From positions 1 through 36,342 of the forward strand of contig JALDZS010000219.1 in the NCBI GenBank assembly GCA_022813965.1: 36,342 nucleotides of DNA. The letters are read 5' to 3'. The notes beneath the pieces were generated by a model. That model was not told the DNA's origin and made no database searches. It saw only the letters and a list, made by a program, of their open reading frames with translations. Source of the DNA: Toensbergia leucococca (taxonomy: Eukaryota). Of this stretch, positions 11,550 through 21,967 are shown piece after piece; positions within the stretch are counted from its first letter, which is position 1; the number at the start of each line of letters is the position of its first letter. A program made the position numbers and the translations under genes.

Positions 11550-12909
11550 CTATTCCAACCAAGAGTTTTCAAAGAGCCCATTAGGAACAATAGGCTTTCC
11601 CTCTGTTTCATTCTTAATCTTGATAGGTTCGGTGAAGTCCTGAGCATTGAAAATTGTGTCAAGACAAAATTCACCATGTTGATTCTTCTCGACAACCCCA
11701 AGTTCAGTGACGATCCCGTCAATCAAAGCAGCCGGAGTCACATCAAATGCGGGATTCCAAGCTTGTGTATGCTGCGCTGCAATACTAATCTCCTCAGTCT
11801 TTTCACTTTCAACTTCAAAACGTCCGTCGGAAGACCTCAAAATGCGTGGGCCTTTAATTGTAGTCACCTCGCTGGGTGAGCGTTCTTCAATAGTGATATC
11901 TAAACCAGAAGCCGTACCTAGGTCGATAGTTGTTCGGGGCGCCGCTACGAGGAACTTGATCTGATGATGACGAGCTAGAACAGCCAATGCGTAGGTACCG
12001 ATCTTATTGGCAGTATCTCCGTTCGCAGCTACCCTATCTGCACCCACAACAACAGCAGCAATGTTTTCAGACCGGCCCTTAAGTTGAAGGAGTGCAGCGG
12101 CCATGGAGTCGGTGATCAGCGCTGTCATCTTCATTAAAGACAGCCCGTTAGTGGTGCAAGAAGGGGGACCTCACTCGCAGGTATTGTATCATGGATCAGC
12201 TCATAGCCCGTGAGTCGAGAACCTTGATTATATGGGCGGGTTTCTGTATAGTAGACATGGTGGAGAGCATTCTGGGCATGAAGGCTGCGAATAACACCCA
12301 GTGCCGTACCATAGCCGGCGGTGGCCAGAGAGCTAGAGTAAGGCTATCAGAGGCTTACTCGCACAAATACGCATATATTTACCCAGTGTTGCAATGCGTC
12401 AACATGCTAACCTTCTGGCCGGCCGTGTTTTTCAAAACCCAATCCGCCCCGTGCCTTCCGATTCTTTCGTTGTCGCGCACATCGTCAACAAGCATCTGCT
12501 CAGCTCCTTGAATGTATGCTTCAATTACACTTAAGCCAGTGGCTCCAGGGTGTTCCAGAGCAGCGAAGACGAGATTCTCCAACTTCATGGCAGCATCTGC
12601 CAGGTTGACGGCAGTGGGTCGGCTGGTGACGAGATATCGTAAGCTATGTGCTATGAAGTCTGGGGCTATCGTCTGGTGTCCCAGATTCTCTTGCCCAACT
12701 TTTGATTTGATATAGCCATCTCCCCAGACGGCGAGGGATAGGACTGCAACGAGGGCAATCATAGGTGCTCCACGAACTTGCATTGACCTGATGGCGTGCC
12801 AGGCATCTTCGGGCCCTGTAATGTCGACATAGATCTCATCGTGAGGTAGCCTTAATTGATCAAGGACTTCAAGCTTGCCACGAACATACTTAATGGCATT
12901 GAGGACCAT
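11550..12909 (-). CDS. MRI1: Methylthioribose-1-phosphate isomerase (methionine salvage), ~418 aa, 3 exons
   Basis: Exons 12909-12383, 12332-12175 and 12121-11550. Motifs: [69 protein letters not shown]. Confidence 0.96.
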
Positions 12910-13607
12910 GGTGGTGGACGTTGGTAGGCGGAGAATTTGTCATTTGCCCCATTCATGTTAGAGACACCACGTGCGATATTATGAGACAGTAAATGCCCAG
13001 AACGGAAGCATCACATATGGCCAATCCAAGAAACAAAAATGAAATTTGTTGACTCGGAGCTATCTAGGTTCGAGACTATCTAAAGTCCCAAGTTTGTTCC
13101 TACTCCTCTGGGTGCTCATTTTCACCTTCATAAATCTTTGTCTAGTCAACCTACCTTTCCTACAAATATCTTCAGGAAAAAGAAAGGACTCGACCTCAAC
13201 AGCCAAGTAGTGAAAATTCAAAGAAGGTTGAAAGAGTAAAGAGTGACAATAGATAGCTGACTACTGTCTCAGAGCAATCCTCTACATATCATTTCCTTCA
13301 AAGTATATGGTGCCATCATAGACAAATGCAAGACGAGGAAACATAATATTCAGATAAAGCACAGAGGCGTACCTCGTTCACCAACAGGGAGACCTGAAGA
13401 AAGGGTTAATTTATGCAAAGGAGAAATGCAGCCTAAAATGTATGGTTCCGTGGTAAATATTACAAGTAGTAGATTTTGCAAGGTTCGAAAATTATTCCAG
13501 AAGGAAATAATAGACCAGTCACAATGGAAGTCCGACTCTCTCCTAGGGTTCAAGCGCGAAATGCTCCAGAAGATATAGTCAAAACGCTCTCAGGATAAAC
13601 TTCACAG

Positions 13608-15413
13608 CTACGTACTCGGCCCTTGCTGTTCCTGGCCATCATTTTTCATAGCTGTCATATCATCCTCTGTCGCCCTCTGCTCTCTTTCCCGATCCCCCTG
13701 CGCCCAATCCATAATTTTATCCTTTGGTTCCGCAATATGATGCCCAATTGTCTTGAGTTTTCCTCTTTGTTTCGGGTGGCCTTCCTGAGCATCTAAGTCT
13801 TCCTCATCGCTAGATGAAATAGAGCCCGCATCACCCTGCACGAAAGCACGATTTGACCCCTCTGCCTTTTTCCGCTCGCGCTGCTCGGATTTCAGTTTGT
13901 CCATCTTGTCTTTATCGCCATTGCAATCTAGAGTTGCGACTTTCATCCCGGGAAGATTGCGCTGTATAAACTCCTTTAATTGCGGGAGGAGTTCTGCATT
14001 AGGACGATAGGTGCCCGAGTCATTGTCAATTACAAGTTCATAATATGCTGGATCTTTGCGTGGTTCGTCGTGGGGAGGCCCGCCATCAATCTCAACAAGT
14101 GGGTGCGTTTCTTGATCCTCGGGGGCTTTATGTGGGTTTTTCAAGCGTCGGATGAAGAATTCACCAGAGAAAGCAATGTAAATGCTCACATCACTATGCA
14201 TGGTGTGTTTTGATAGAAGATCAATACCGAACTCTTTACCGGTCTCGGTGAAGCGCCACTGACCATCAAGGGTAAGAACATAGGTGAAGATACGGCCGCC
14301 TTGGTCATAGTGGACGAGGTCTAGGAATTGAAGAGCCATATCTTCTGATGGCCGGGGGAAAGAGCCATATACGGTCGTCCGGTCATAATTGTAAACCTGG
14401 TTGTGTTGATGGTGAAGTGCGTGATGCAGGACGCGCCCGCGTAAAGAATGAGATGTGAACATGCCAGCAACGAAGGGCCTGAACTCGACATATCGATGAT
14501 AAAGCTTTGCAGGTACAGGACCTGCGAGCTGGAATTGATTGGCTTGGAAGCTGGGATGACATAAGCTATGAGGCAATTGTGACAGGTCAATATATACGCA
14601 CTTGTACTTCTCCGTTCCCCCTTCCTTACCCTTTCCGGGTTCCTTGGTTCCAGCAAGCCTACCGATCATTGGACTGAGGTGCTGACTCCACGCACACGGG
14701 CCTACGGTCCATACTCTCCCGCCACCACTTGCTTCAGTTCTTCCGAGTACTTTTGCACTCACGTACAAATCACCTGACATGGCAAGGCCTTTAGAGAACA
14801 TAGCAGCACAGCCCCGGACCAGATACGCTCTTTTACTACCCATCCTCTTTTTGATTTTGTAGGCTTGTTCATTGATTCCTTCCCAGCTCTCGCTGATATT
14901 GCTGCCATGTACATGCACGTTCCCCAGTCGGTCGTCATGGTCTGCCGGATCCTCGTCATATATTCTCGCCTTCAGTTCGAACCCACTAGCAGGCACATTG
15001 GCCACGATCCAATCACAGTTCCACACAGGTTCTGTATTCCTTCGAATGGTCGGGGTACGGAATCTCATATATGGGTCTTGCTTGTGCCTGGTAGGCAGTC
15101 GGGTGTTTAGCTGGGCCATTACGTAGGGGTCGGAGGACAGAGTGTTGATGTCTGCCATGGGGAGGTTGGTTGCACGGTGGAAGGTAAACTTGATGGTAAA
15201 GCCCGCCGGAGCATCTGGGATGGGTGTCTTATCGTAGCCTCCAGCGGGTTGCTTATCCTTTTTCGCGTTGCTGTTGTTGTCGTCAGGATTTTTGCCCCGC
15301 CGGTTCCGTGCCTTTTCTTGCATGTCGCCAGTTTTATCGACAAACTTGGTGGCTAATGCATCGCTACGATGGCCATTGGGCATCTGCTGTCCACTAATCT
15401 TCTCGTTCTCCAT
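13608..15413 (-). CDS. C2-domain protein with an uncharacterised C-terminal domain, ~584 aa, 2 exons
   Basis: C2 domain (FTFHRATNLPMADINTLSSDPYV...TPTIRRNTEPVWN...IYDEDPADHDDRLG) with Asp residues at Ca2+-loop positions. A 51-nt intron at 14601-14551 (GTGCGT..CAG) is read through by the ORF track. ATG at 15413. Confidence 0.88.
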   Translation of the reverse strand: MENEKISGQQMPNGHRSDALATKFVDKTGDMQEKARNRRGKNPDDNNSNAKKDKQPAGGYDKTPIPDAPAGFTIKFTFHRATNLPMADINTLSSDPYVMAQLNTRLPTRHKQDPYMRFRTPTIRRNTEPVWNCDWIVANVPASGFELKARIYDEDPADHDDRLGNVHVHGSNISESWEGINEQAYKIKKRMGSKRAYLVRGCAAMFSKGLAMSGDLYVSAKVLGRTEASGGGRVWTVGPCAWSQHLSPMIGRLAGTKEPGKGKEGGTEKYKCVYIDLSQLPHSLCHPSFQANQFQLAGPVPAKLYHRYVEFRPFVAGMFTSHSLRGRVLHHALHHQHNQVYNYDRTTVYGSFPRPSEDMALQFLDLVHYDQGGRIFTYVLTLDGQWRFTETGKEFGIDLLSKHTMHSDVSIYIAFSGEFFIRRLKNPHKAPEDQETHPLVEIDGGPPHDEPRKDPAYYELVIDNDSGTYRPNAELLPQLKEFIQRNLPGMKVATLDCNGDKDKMDKLKSEQRERKKAEGSNRAFVQGDAGSISSSDEEDLDAQEGHPKQRGKLKTIGHHIAEPKDKIMDWAQGDREREQRATEDDMTAMKNDGQEQQGPST

Positions 15414-16370
15414 ACTCACGTCGTGGGCCTGATGTGGCCAAGTGCGGCCGTGGAGTTTAGTATTCGTATGTGGGGGAGAATAATAATATGAGAGAAATTG
15501 ATGACGAGGATTTGGTCAGTGAAGGGTAAGATTGAATTGCCCAATTGACAGTGCTCGATTACCTGATTGACGGTGTCTGATTGAAGCGGATGACAAGTTT
15601 CTGCCCAGTTTCCACCCTGGTGTCGATCATCCGCTTTCGCCGCTGATCTTGTGGCGCGGTATTATTCTAAAGCCACACGGCCAATCATACCCTGCATGAG
15701 TGAGTCCAATTAAGGACAGTGGGACAGTCACTTTTTTGGAGTATTGATACGTGGACCTACTCACGCGGGCGCAATTGTAGGAAGACATCATGATTTCACG
15801 TAATTCTCTGCGTAAATTAACTACAATCTAAAAGCCTAGATAGTTTAGCATCAGCAGTGAGTTGCTAGAATGATGAAAAGTGAAGTAAATGTGTAAAGAT
15901 AAAATGTAATTGTATTGCGCCCATGGGTAGGGTGATGAGGTGAAGAATGATTGATATGAAATCGAGATGATTCTCTCAGTGATCTTGCAGGGTGTACGAT
16001 GAGTATTAGTGATAATTTTAGTAAACAATCTTAGACTTGAATGGACCCGCTGCATGAGGCTTTGAGCCTGCATCAAATCAACCAGCTGGGTTCTCGAACT
16101 TGCGTCCTTTGTTCGTTTTACCTACTCCTGCAAAAGTATTTTCGATAATCAGCCCCAAGTAGACTCACACTCAACCTTAAGGTAACAAGTGTATAATAGA
16201 AATAGCAAGCTGGGTTGCTCACTCTCCCTTCTACATGTCGGCCAAGCTACGACTAGAATGTTTGTAACCTTTGCCTCCATGACGGTCATCATCCTTCACC
16301 ACCAAAGTTGCAACATTTTGAGGGCGGATAATTACCATCCCTAAGATAATGAGAGAAGAAAGTATCCACC

Positions 16371-19300
16371 ATGTCACAACGCATCCTACTCCGCGATCAT
16401 CCTCAACGAAGTATAGCTCTCCTGACGGAGTCTCACGCACTCATTCTACGACACAGTCCGTCAAGCAATAACTATACTGATCCCCGATGTATGATCGAAT
16501 TTTCAGCCAAAAATGCTGTCAACCTCGCAGACTATCGGCCCTTACGCACATCCGGGGCCCAAGGTGTGCATGGCACCTTGGGCTTGATTAATGTCAATAC
16601 AGATGTCTTCCTTTGTGTTATCAGCGGCGCTGTTCATGTTGCCACTGTAAGACCTGGCGAGACTGTTCAAAAAATCCTCGCTGTTGATTTCTGTTAGTGT
16701 CTCCGTGTGCTACATTCTCCTGCCTTCACTGATCCCACAGAAGTCTGTCTCAACAGAGACGACTACGATGACGTGCAACATGAGGAAATCAACTCCTTCG
16801 AGTACAGGTCTGATGTTGTGCTTCCTAACGGCCCGGAACATGGCTATGCGGCTGATCCTCGGGAAACAGTCCCTGAACATCCCTGCTTGGCTTTGAAGAA
16901 GATTCTGAGCGACGGGACCTTTTACTACAGCGTGAATTTTGATCTTACCAATCGATTGCAAGACAGGTAAGGCAATATTTCTACGAGAGACATACGTACT
17001 GAACAGGCATAGATCATCAGAGGAGTCGGCCTTTGATGTCGACAATCTTGATGAGGATTTTCTTTGGAACTCCTACATGATAGATTCCCTCATAAAATTC
17101 CGCTCACGTCTAGCTGCTCAAGAAAAAGAACTATTGGATGCATCACGCATCTTGACTTCGGCTATAAGAGGCTTCGTCCTCACTGTCACTGTCCCCGCGT
17201 CTGCGTCGCCCATCAGAGCTGTACAAACTACCTTTCCTTCAGCGCTGACGTTGATCTCCCGCTTGTCCTGTCGCCGGGCTGGAACTAGGTTTAATGCTCG
17301 GGGAATCGATGATGACGGGAACGTCGCAAATTTTGTCGAGACCGAGTCGGTTTATTGGTATCCAGCTGGTCTCTGCTTCTCCTACGCCCAGATACGAGGC
17401 TCGGTCCCACTTTTCTGGGAACAATCCACGGGGATCCTTCCAGGACAGCAGAAAATTCAAATTACTAGATCCCCTGAGGCAACACAGCCGGCCTTTGATA
17501 AGCATTTCGAGGGCTTGGAAATGAATTACGGCTCTGTCCACATACTGAATCTCCTGAGCGAGTCAAAGCCGGGTGAAATTGAATTGACTGAAAGGTATAA
17601 ATACCACACAAAGCACAGTGCTTTGAACCAAGGTCTTGAGCACGAATCAGCTATTAACCGTGGAGTACTCCGAGAGTCTCATTTTGACTTCCATGCTGAG
17701 ACCAAGGGTCCGAGTGGATATGAAGCCGCAAGCACAGTTAGGCGACTCATTCAAGATCGTGCTGAGGGGTTTGCATACTACTTGTCTAATGAAATGGCAT
17801 CAGCTGTGGCAATTTCGCCAAATCAGAAGTATTCTCAGAGTAGACCAGCTGTTGTACTGCAACAGGAAGGGGTGTTTCGCACGAATTGCTTGGACTGCCT
17901 GGATCGGACAAATCTCATTCAGACAATTATCAGTCAAATGGCCTTGGAGTTCTTTCTAGTTCATCGAGCTGAGCGTGCCAATGCAGACTTTTGGATGCGG
18001 CACTCGAGTCTTTGGGCGGACAACGGAGATGTGAGTGGTATCAGGCAATGTGGCTTGCGTTCGCTGGCTGATTGCTAGCAGGCACTATCAAGAATTTACG
18101 CTGGAACTGGGGCATTGAAGTCGTCCTTTACTAGGTAAGCACTTGGACAGAAGATCAGAAAATCTTCTTGGATACGATTGCAATCCACTGAACCGCGGCA
18201 GACACAATAAGATGTCTCTAGCGGGCGCCATTGCAGATGCCCGCAAAAGCGCAACAAGGATGTACATAAACAATTTCGCAGATAAAGGGCGACAGAACAC
18301 CATTGATACACTACTGGTAAGCTTCCTTCGAAGCTGCATATTTTCTCTAGAATCTAATTGAAGATCTTTAGGGCCGTCTGGTAGACCAGTCGCCTGTTCA
18401 TCTTTACGATCCTATAAACGATTATGTTAATTCTGAGTTGAGTAGAAGGTAAATTCTACAACCGTTCATTCTAGAATTGTGTACTAATCAAAGACTAGGG
18501 TCGAAGAATACTCCACCGCTGAAGTGGTACAGATATGGGTTGGGACATTCAACCTGAATGGTCGAGGGAACGGTACAAAGGAAGACTTATCCGCTTGGTT
18601 ATACCCAGAAATTAACAAGACGCAACAAACCCCGGAGATCATCGCCGTAGGGTTTCAAGAGATTGTGGAGCTCAGTCCACAGCAGATTATGTCAACCGAC
18701 CTAGCCAGAAGGCAGGAGTGGGAACGTGCTGTGGCACAGGCACTGAATGATGGTGCGAAGAGACGTTCTTCGGAAGAGTACATTCTTCTACGCAGCGGCC
18801 AACTTGTTGGAGCGGCACTTATGATCTTCGTCAAAGCTAATGCCCTAAGAAATATTAAGAATGTAGAAGGCAGCGTGAAAAAGGTGAGCTTGAAAAACAT
18901 CCCATACAGCCAAAGGCTCAAGGCACTGACATAAGAAAGACTGGGTTGTCTGGGATGGCAGGCAACAAAGGTGCTGTGGCTATTCGAATGGACTATGCAA
19001 ATACCCGGATCTGTTTCGTCACTGCACATCTTGCGGCCGGCTTTGCCAATTACGAGGAGAGGAATCGAGATTATCGTACCATCAATCACGGTCTTCGATT
19101 TCAACGAAATCGGTCCATCGAGGATCACGACACCATCATCTGGCTTGGGGACTTCAACTACCGGATTGGATTGAGCGATGACAAAGTACGCCAGCTGATT
19201 CGTGCAGGCGATCTTGAAACTCTCTATCAGAATGATCAGGTACAGCATCGGAATGAATCTCATTATATCCGGCTGCGTTAACAGGTCCTGGGAGCAGCTG

Positions 19301-20551
19301 AACTTGCAAATGGTTTCCGGCCTGACCTTTCCCTTTTACTCCGAGTCAAGGATCACGTTTATGCCAACATATAAGTACAATAATGGGACAGATGATTATG
19401 ATACATCGTGAGGTCCTCAATATTCAAAACACAGTCTCTTGCTTATCTCGTTCTAGGGAAAAATCTCGCATTCCAGCCTGGTGCGATCGTGTACTTCGGA
19501 AAGGTGACAATTTACGACAAATAAATTATGCAACCGCTCCACTGCGCTTTTCGGATCATCGACCCGTATTTGCAACATTCCAGTGTACAATAAGCAATGT
19601 CAATTGGCTGGTGAAAGACACTTTGAGCCGCGAAATCTATGCTCAACGACGCTTAGAAGTTGGCGACATCACGGCCAATGCCAGAGACAATGATAATGAA
19701 GACGAAGACTTAATAGGCTACGACTCCATAGCTCCCGGGCTTCCGCCCGCGAGTTCAGGTAGTCGGAAATGGTGGCTGGATAATGGTGAATATCTTGATG
19801 CTTCTCAATGCGCTTATCCTCGTTGGTCTGTCTAATTTGAATAGGTCTCCCAGCAAGATCCAGCATAGAAGAGACTAATAGAGGTCGCATCCCCAATCGC
19901 CGGAAGCCTTCAAATCCGTTTACTCCAAGTAGTGAAGCAGACTGGGTGGTGTTGCCCAATCCTTCATCGTGCCAGAGTCCGGCCAATGAGACCACCATGA
20001 ACTCTGCTACCAAGGCCACACCGGCTGTAAATTCGCGCCACCTCCCGCCGTTATATCAACCTGAGCGACAGCCCCGGGCAAGTCTCAGTCATCAAAATGG
20101 CGAATTGAGCTTTCTTGATTGGTCAACTAAGCCAAGAACTCCTAGCTTGGCATCATCATCAGCGTCATCCTCAAGCGGAGCGCGAAAGCCCGCGCCTCCT
20201 GTTCCGAAGAAACCTGCCTTACTTACCTCCTTAAGTGACCGAAACATGAATATCAGCACAGATGAAGCGGGAGGACCAAATCAAGGGTCACACATTGCTC
20301 GGTCGGGTTGGAAAACTCCTTCGTCTGGTACAGATCCCTCGTTTATCCCTCATCCTCCTCGCCGGACAGTTGAAACAACAAATATCGGTCAGTCTAGACA
20401 ACGAGCTCCGTTCGACCAGGACAATGGTCCCCCTCTTCCTCCAAGAAAGCCTGAAGCAGGTACTGCAAGATTGAAAGACTTAATAGATTCCAAAGATATC
20501 GGTGGTGATGCTCGAGGTATTCCACCATTGCAGCCCCTTAGTCGTAATTGA
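16371..20551 (+). CDS. Synaptojanin-like polyphosphoinositide phosphatase (Sac1 domain + inositol 5-phosphatase + Pro-rich tail; Inp52/Inp53/Syj1 family), ~1212 aa, 11 exons
   Basis: Exons 16371-16692, 16744-16966, 17013-18030, 18082-18134, 18202-18316, 18372-18448, 18499-18883, 18940-19239, 19298-19407, 19457-19785 and 19845-20551. Sac1 motifs RAGTRFNARGIDDDGNVANFVETE and CX5R(T) RTNCLDCLDRTN; 5-phosphatase motifs GFQEIV, GNKGAV, WLGDFNYR, PAWCDR, SDHRPV. Confidence 0.96.
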
Positions 20552-20715
20552 GGAAAATTTGACGGGTTGGGAGAAGATACACTTTTCAATGTCCAAACAA
20601 TAGGACTTCTGGCGTAGAGCAACCAAGCAATTGGCCGCAGATTCCAATTTTTCTAAATAGCAAATACCCATCCAATGCCTTGTCTTCTCGTAGCCAATAC
20701 TTTCACCACTTCGAG

Positions 20716-21207
20716 TCATTCTCGTCGATAGTATTCCCTCCTTCGCCCGGAATCATCCAGAAACACTATTTTCTCCCTGATAGACCGATTGGAGACACTT
20801 GATGCCCTGGGATTGGATGAAAAAGTCAACCCGCCCGAAGTTCGTGGTCCATCTTCGCCACGCCGGTCATCCTGTCGGTGCAGCGAGGGGTGTGACGCCG
20901 ACGGCACCGGCCCACTGCCATATTGATAAGTTCCTTCCCGGATTGAGAGGGCCGAAGACCGCGGGGAATATGCGATGATGATGGGTTGCTGCGGCAGCTG
21001 TTGCAACGACTGCCGCGGGGTTTCTCGAGACTGTGGACGTACGAGGACCGTTCGTGGAGCGGGCTCCAAGTATTGGGATTGGGGACGTCTTGTCTCGGCG
21101 ATGATAGATACACGAGGGCTTCGGGCACTGGCTGATGTAGCCACACGAGGACGAATTGGCGGCACCATGTCCTCTTCACGCTCGGAGCGGATCTTGAAAA
21201 TGCACAT
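20716..21207 (-). CDS. Small Arg/Ser/Pro-rich hypothetical protein (163 aa)
   Basis: ORF from ATG 21207 (MCIFKIRSEREEDMVPP...) to ...REKIVFLDDSGRRREYYRRE. It converges on the synaptojanin gene with only ~165 bp between the stops. The ORF track starts upstream at a GTG. Confidence 0.7.
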   Translation of the reverse strand: MCIFKIRSEREEDMVPPIRPRVATSASARSPRVSIIAETRRPQSQYLEPAPRTVLVRPQSRETPRQSLQQLPQQPIIIAYSPRSSALSIREGTYQYGSGPVPSASHPSLHRQDDRRGEDGPRTSGGLTFSSNPRASSVSNRSIREKIVFLDDSGRRREYYRRE

Positions 21208-21967
21208 CGTGTTCAAGTGTGGAACTTGTGACACTTCAGGACCAGCATAGAATATGAAGACTGCTAGAACTTCTCGGTGGGGACTCCCGAGTCATATGTT
21301 TGTATCAAATGAATCTACAGGGAGAGTGGAGGCGTTGGTGAATCAAACACTGTTGTCCTCGCATGGTCGAGTGGGTATGACTCGACCGCTGCAACGATGA
21401 CTAACATGGCTCTGAACAGAACATCACTGAGCATACGTGATGGATATAATTGGCTTGGCTTGGATAGCTATGTACTCATAAAACATAACGATTTTAAACT
21501 TTCTACCCAACATGGATTTAAAGATATGATAGGCATCTGGACGATACCACGAAGGTAAAACTCCCAAGCCACCTGCGTACAGTGTGACTGCGAAAATGCC
21601 CATTGACGCCAGCACCTACAACGACCTCGCTGATGCAATGCTCTCATGCCGATTTACCATCATCCCGAATAGCCCTCAAGACAACACCTTTGCCTCGCGC
21701 TTCTTCCCCAGACCAAAATCCCAAAATCCCAAAATTCAAAACTCCTACGACTAAGCGTCCCCTTTTGAGGCATGAAAAACAGCCTAGCATTGCTCGGCGA
21801 AAACTCATGCCTCCTGAAGTAGTATCCCATGCGCCGTGACATCCGGCAAAGATCGATGCAGAGGTCTGCAGGCGAAATTGGCCAATGATTCGCGAACTGA
21901 AATGCGTGATAAAGTATCTCGTGAATGACCCACACGTCCGTGACGATGCATTACGGAGCACCTCCCG

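Noticed and set aside
12968..12973. CACGTG E-box upstream of MRI1 (Cbf1/Pho4-like)
   Set aside because: A single 6-mer only ~60 bp from the ATG that lacks the TCACGTG Cbf1 flank. Expected by chance.
15828..16076. 82-aa minus-strand ORF and RTGATGA (box C-like) words in the C2/synaptojanin intergenic region
   Set aside because: No recognisable protein features, and no suitably placed CTGA box D or terminal stem to support a C/D snoRNA.
21713..21744. CCAAAATC-type 8-mer tandem repeat
   Set aside because: A short degenerate microsatellite with no spacers. It is neither CRISPR-like nor telomeric.
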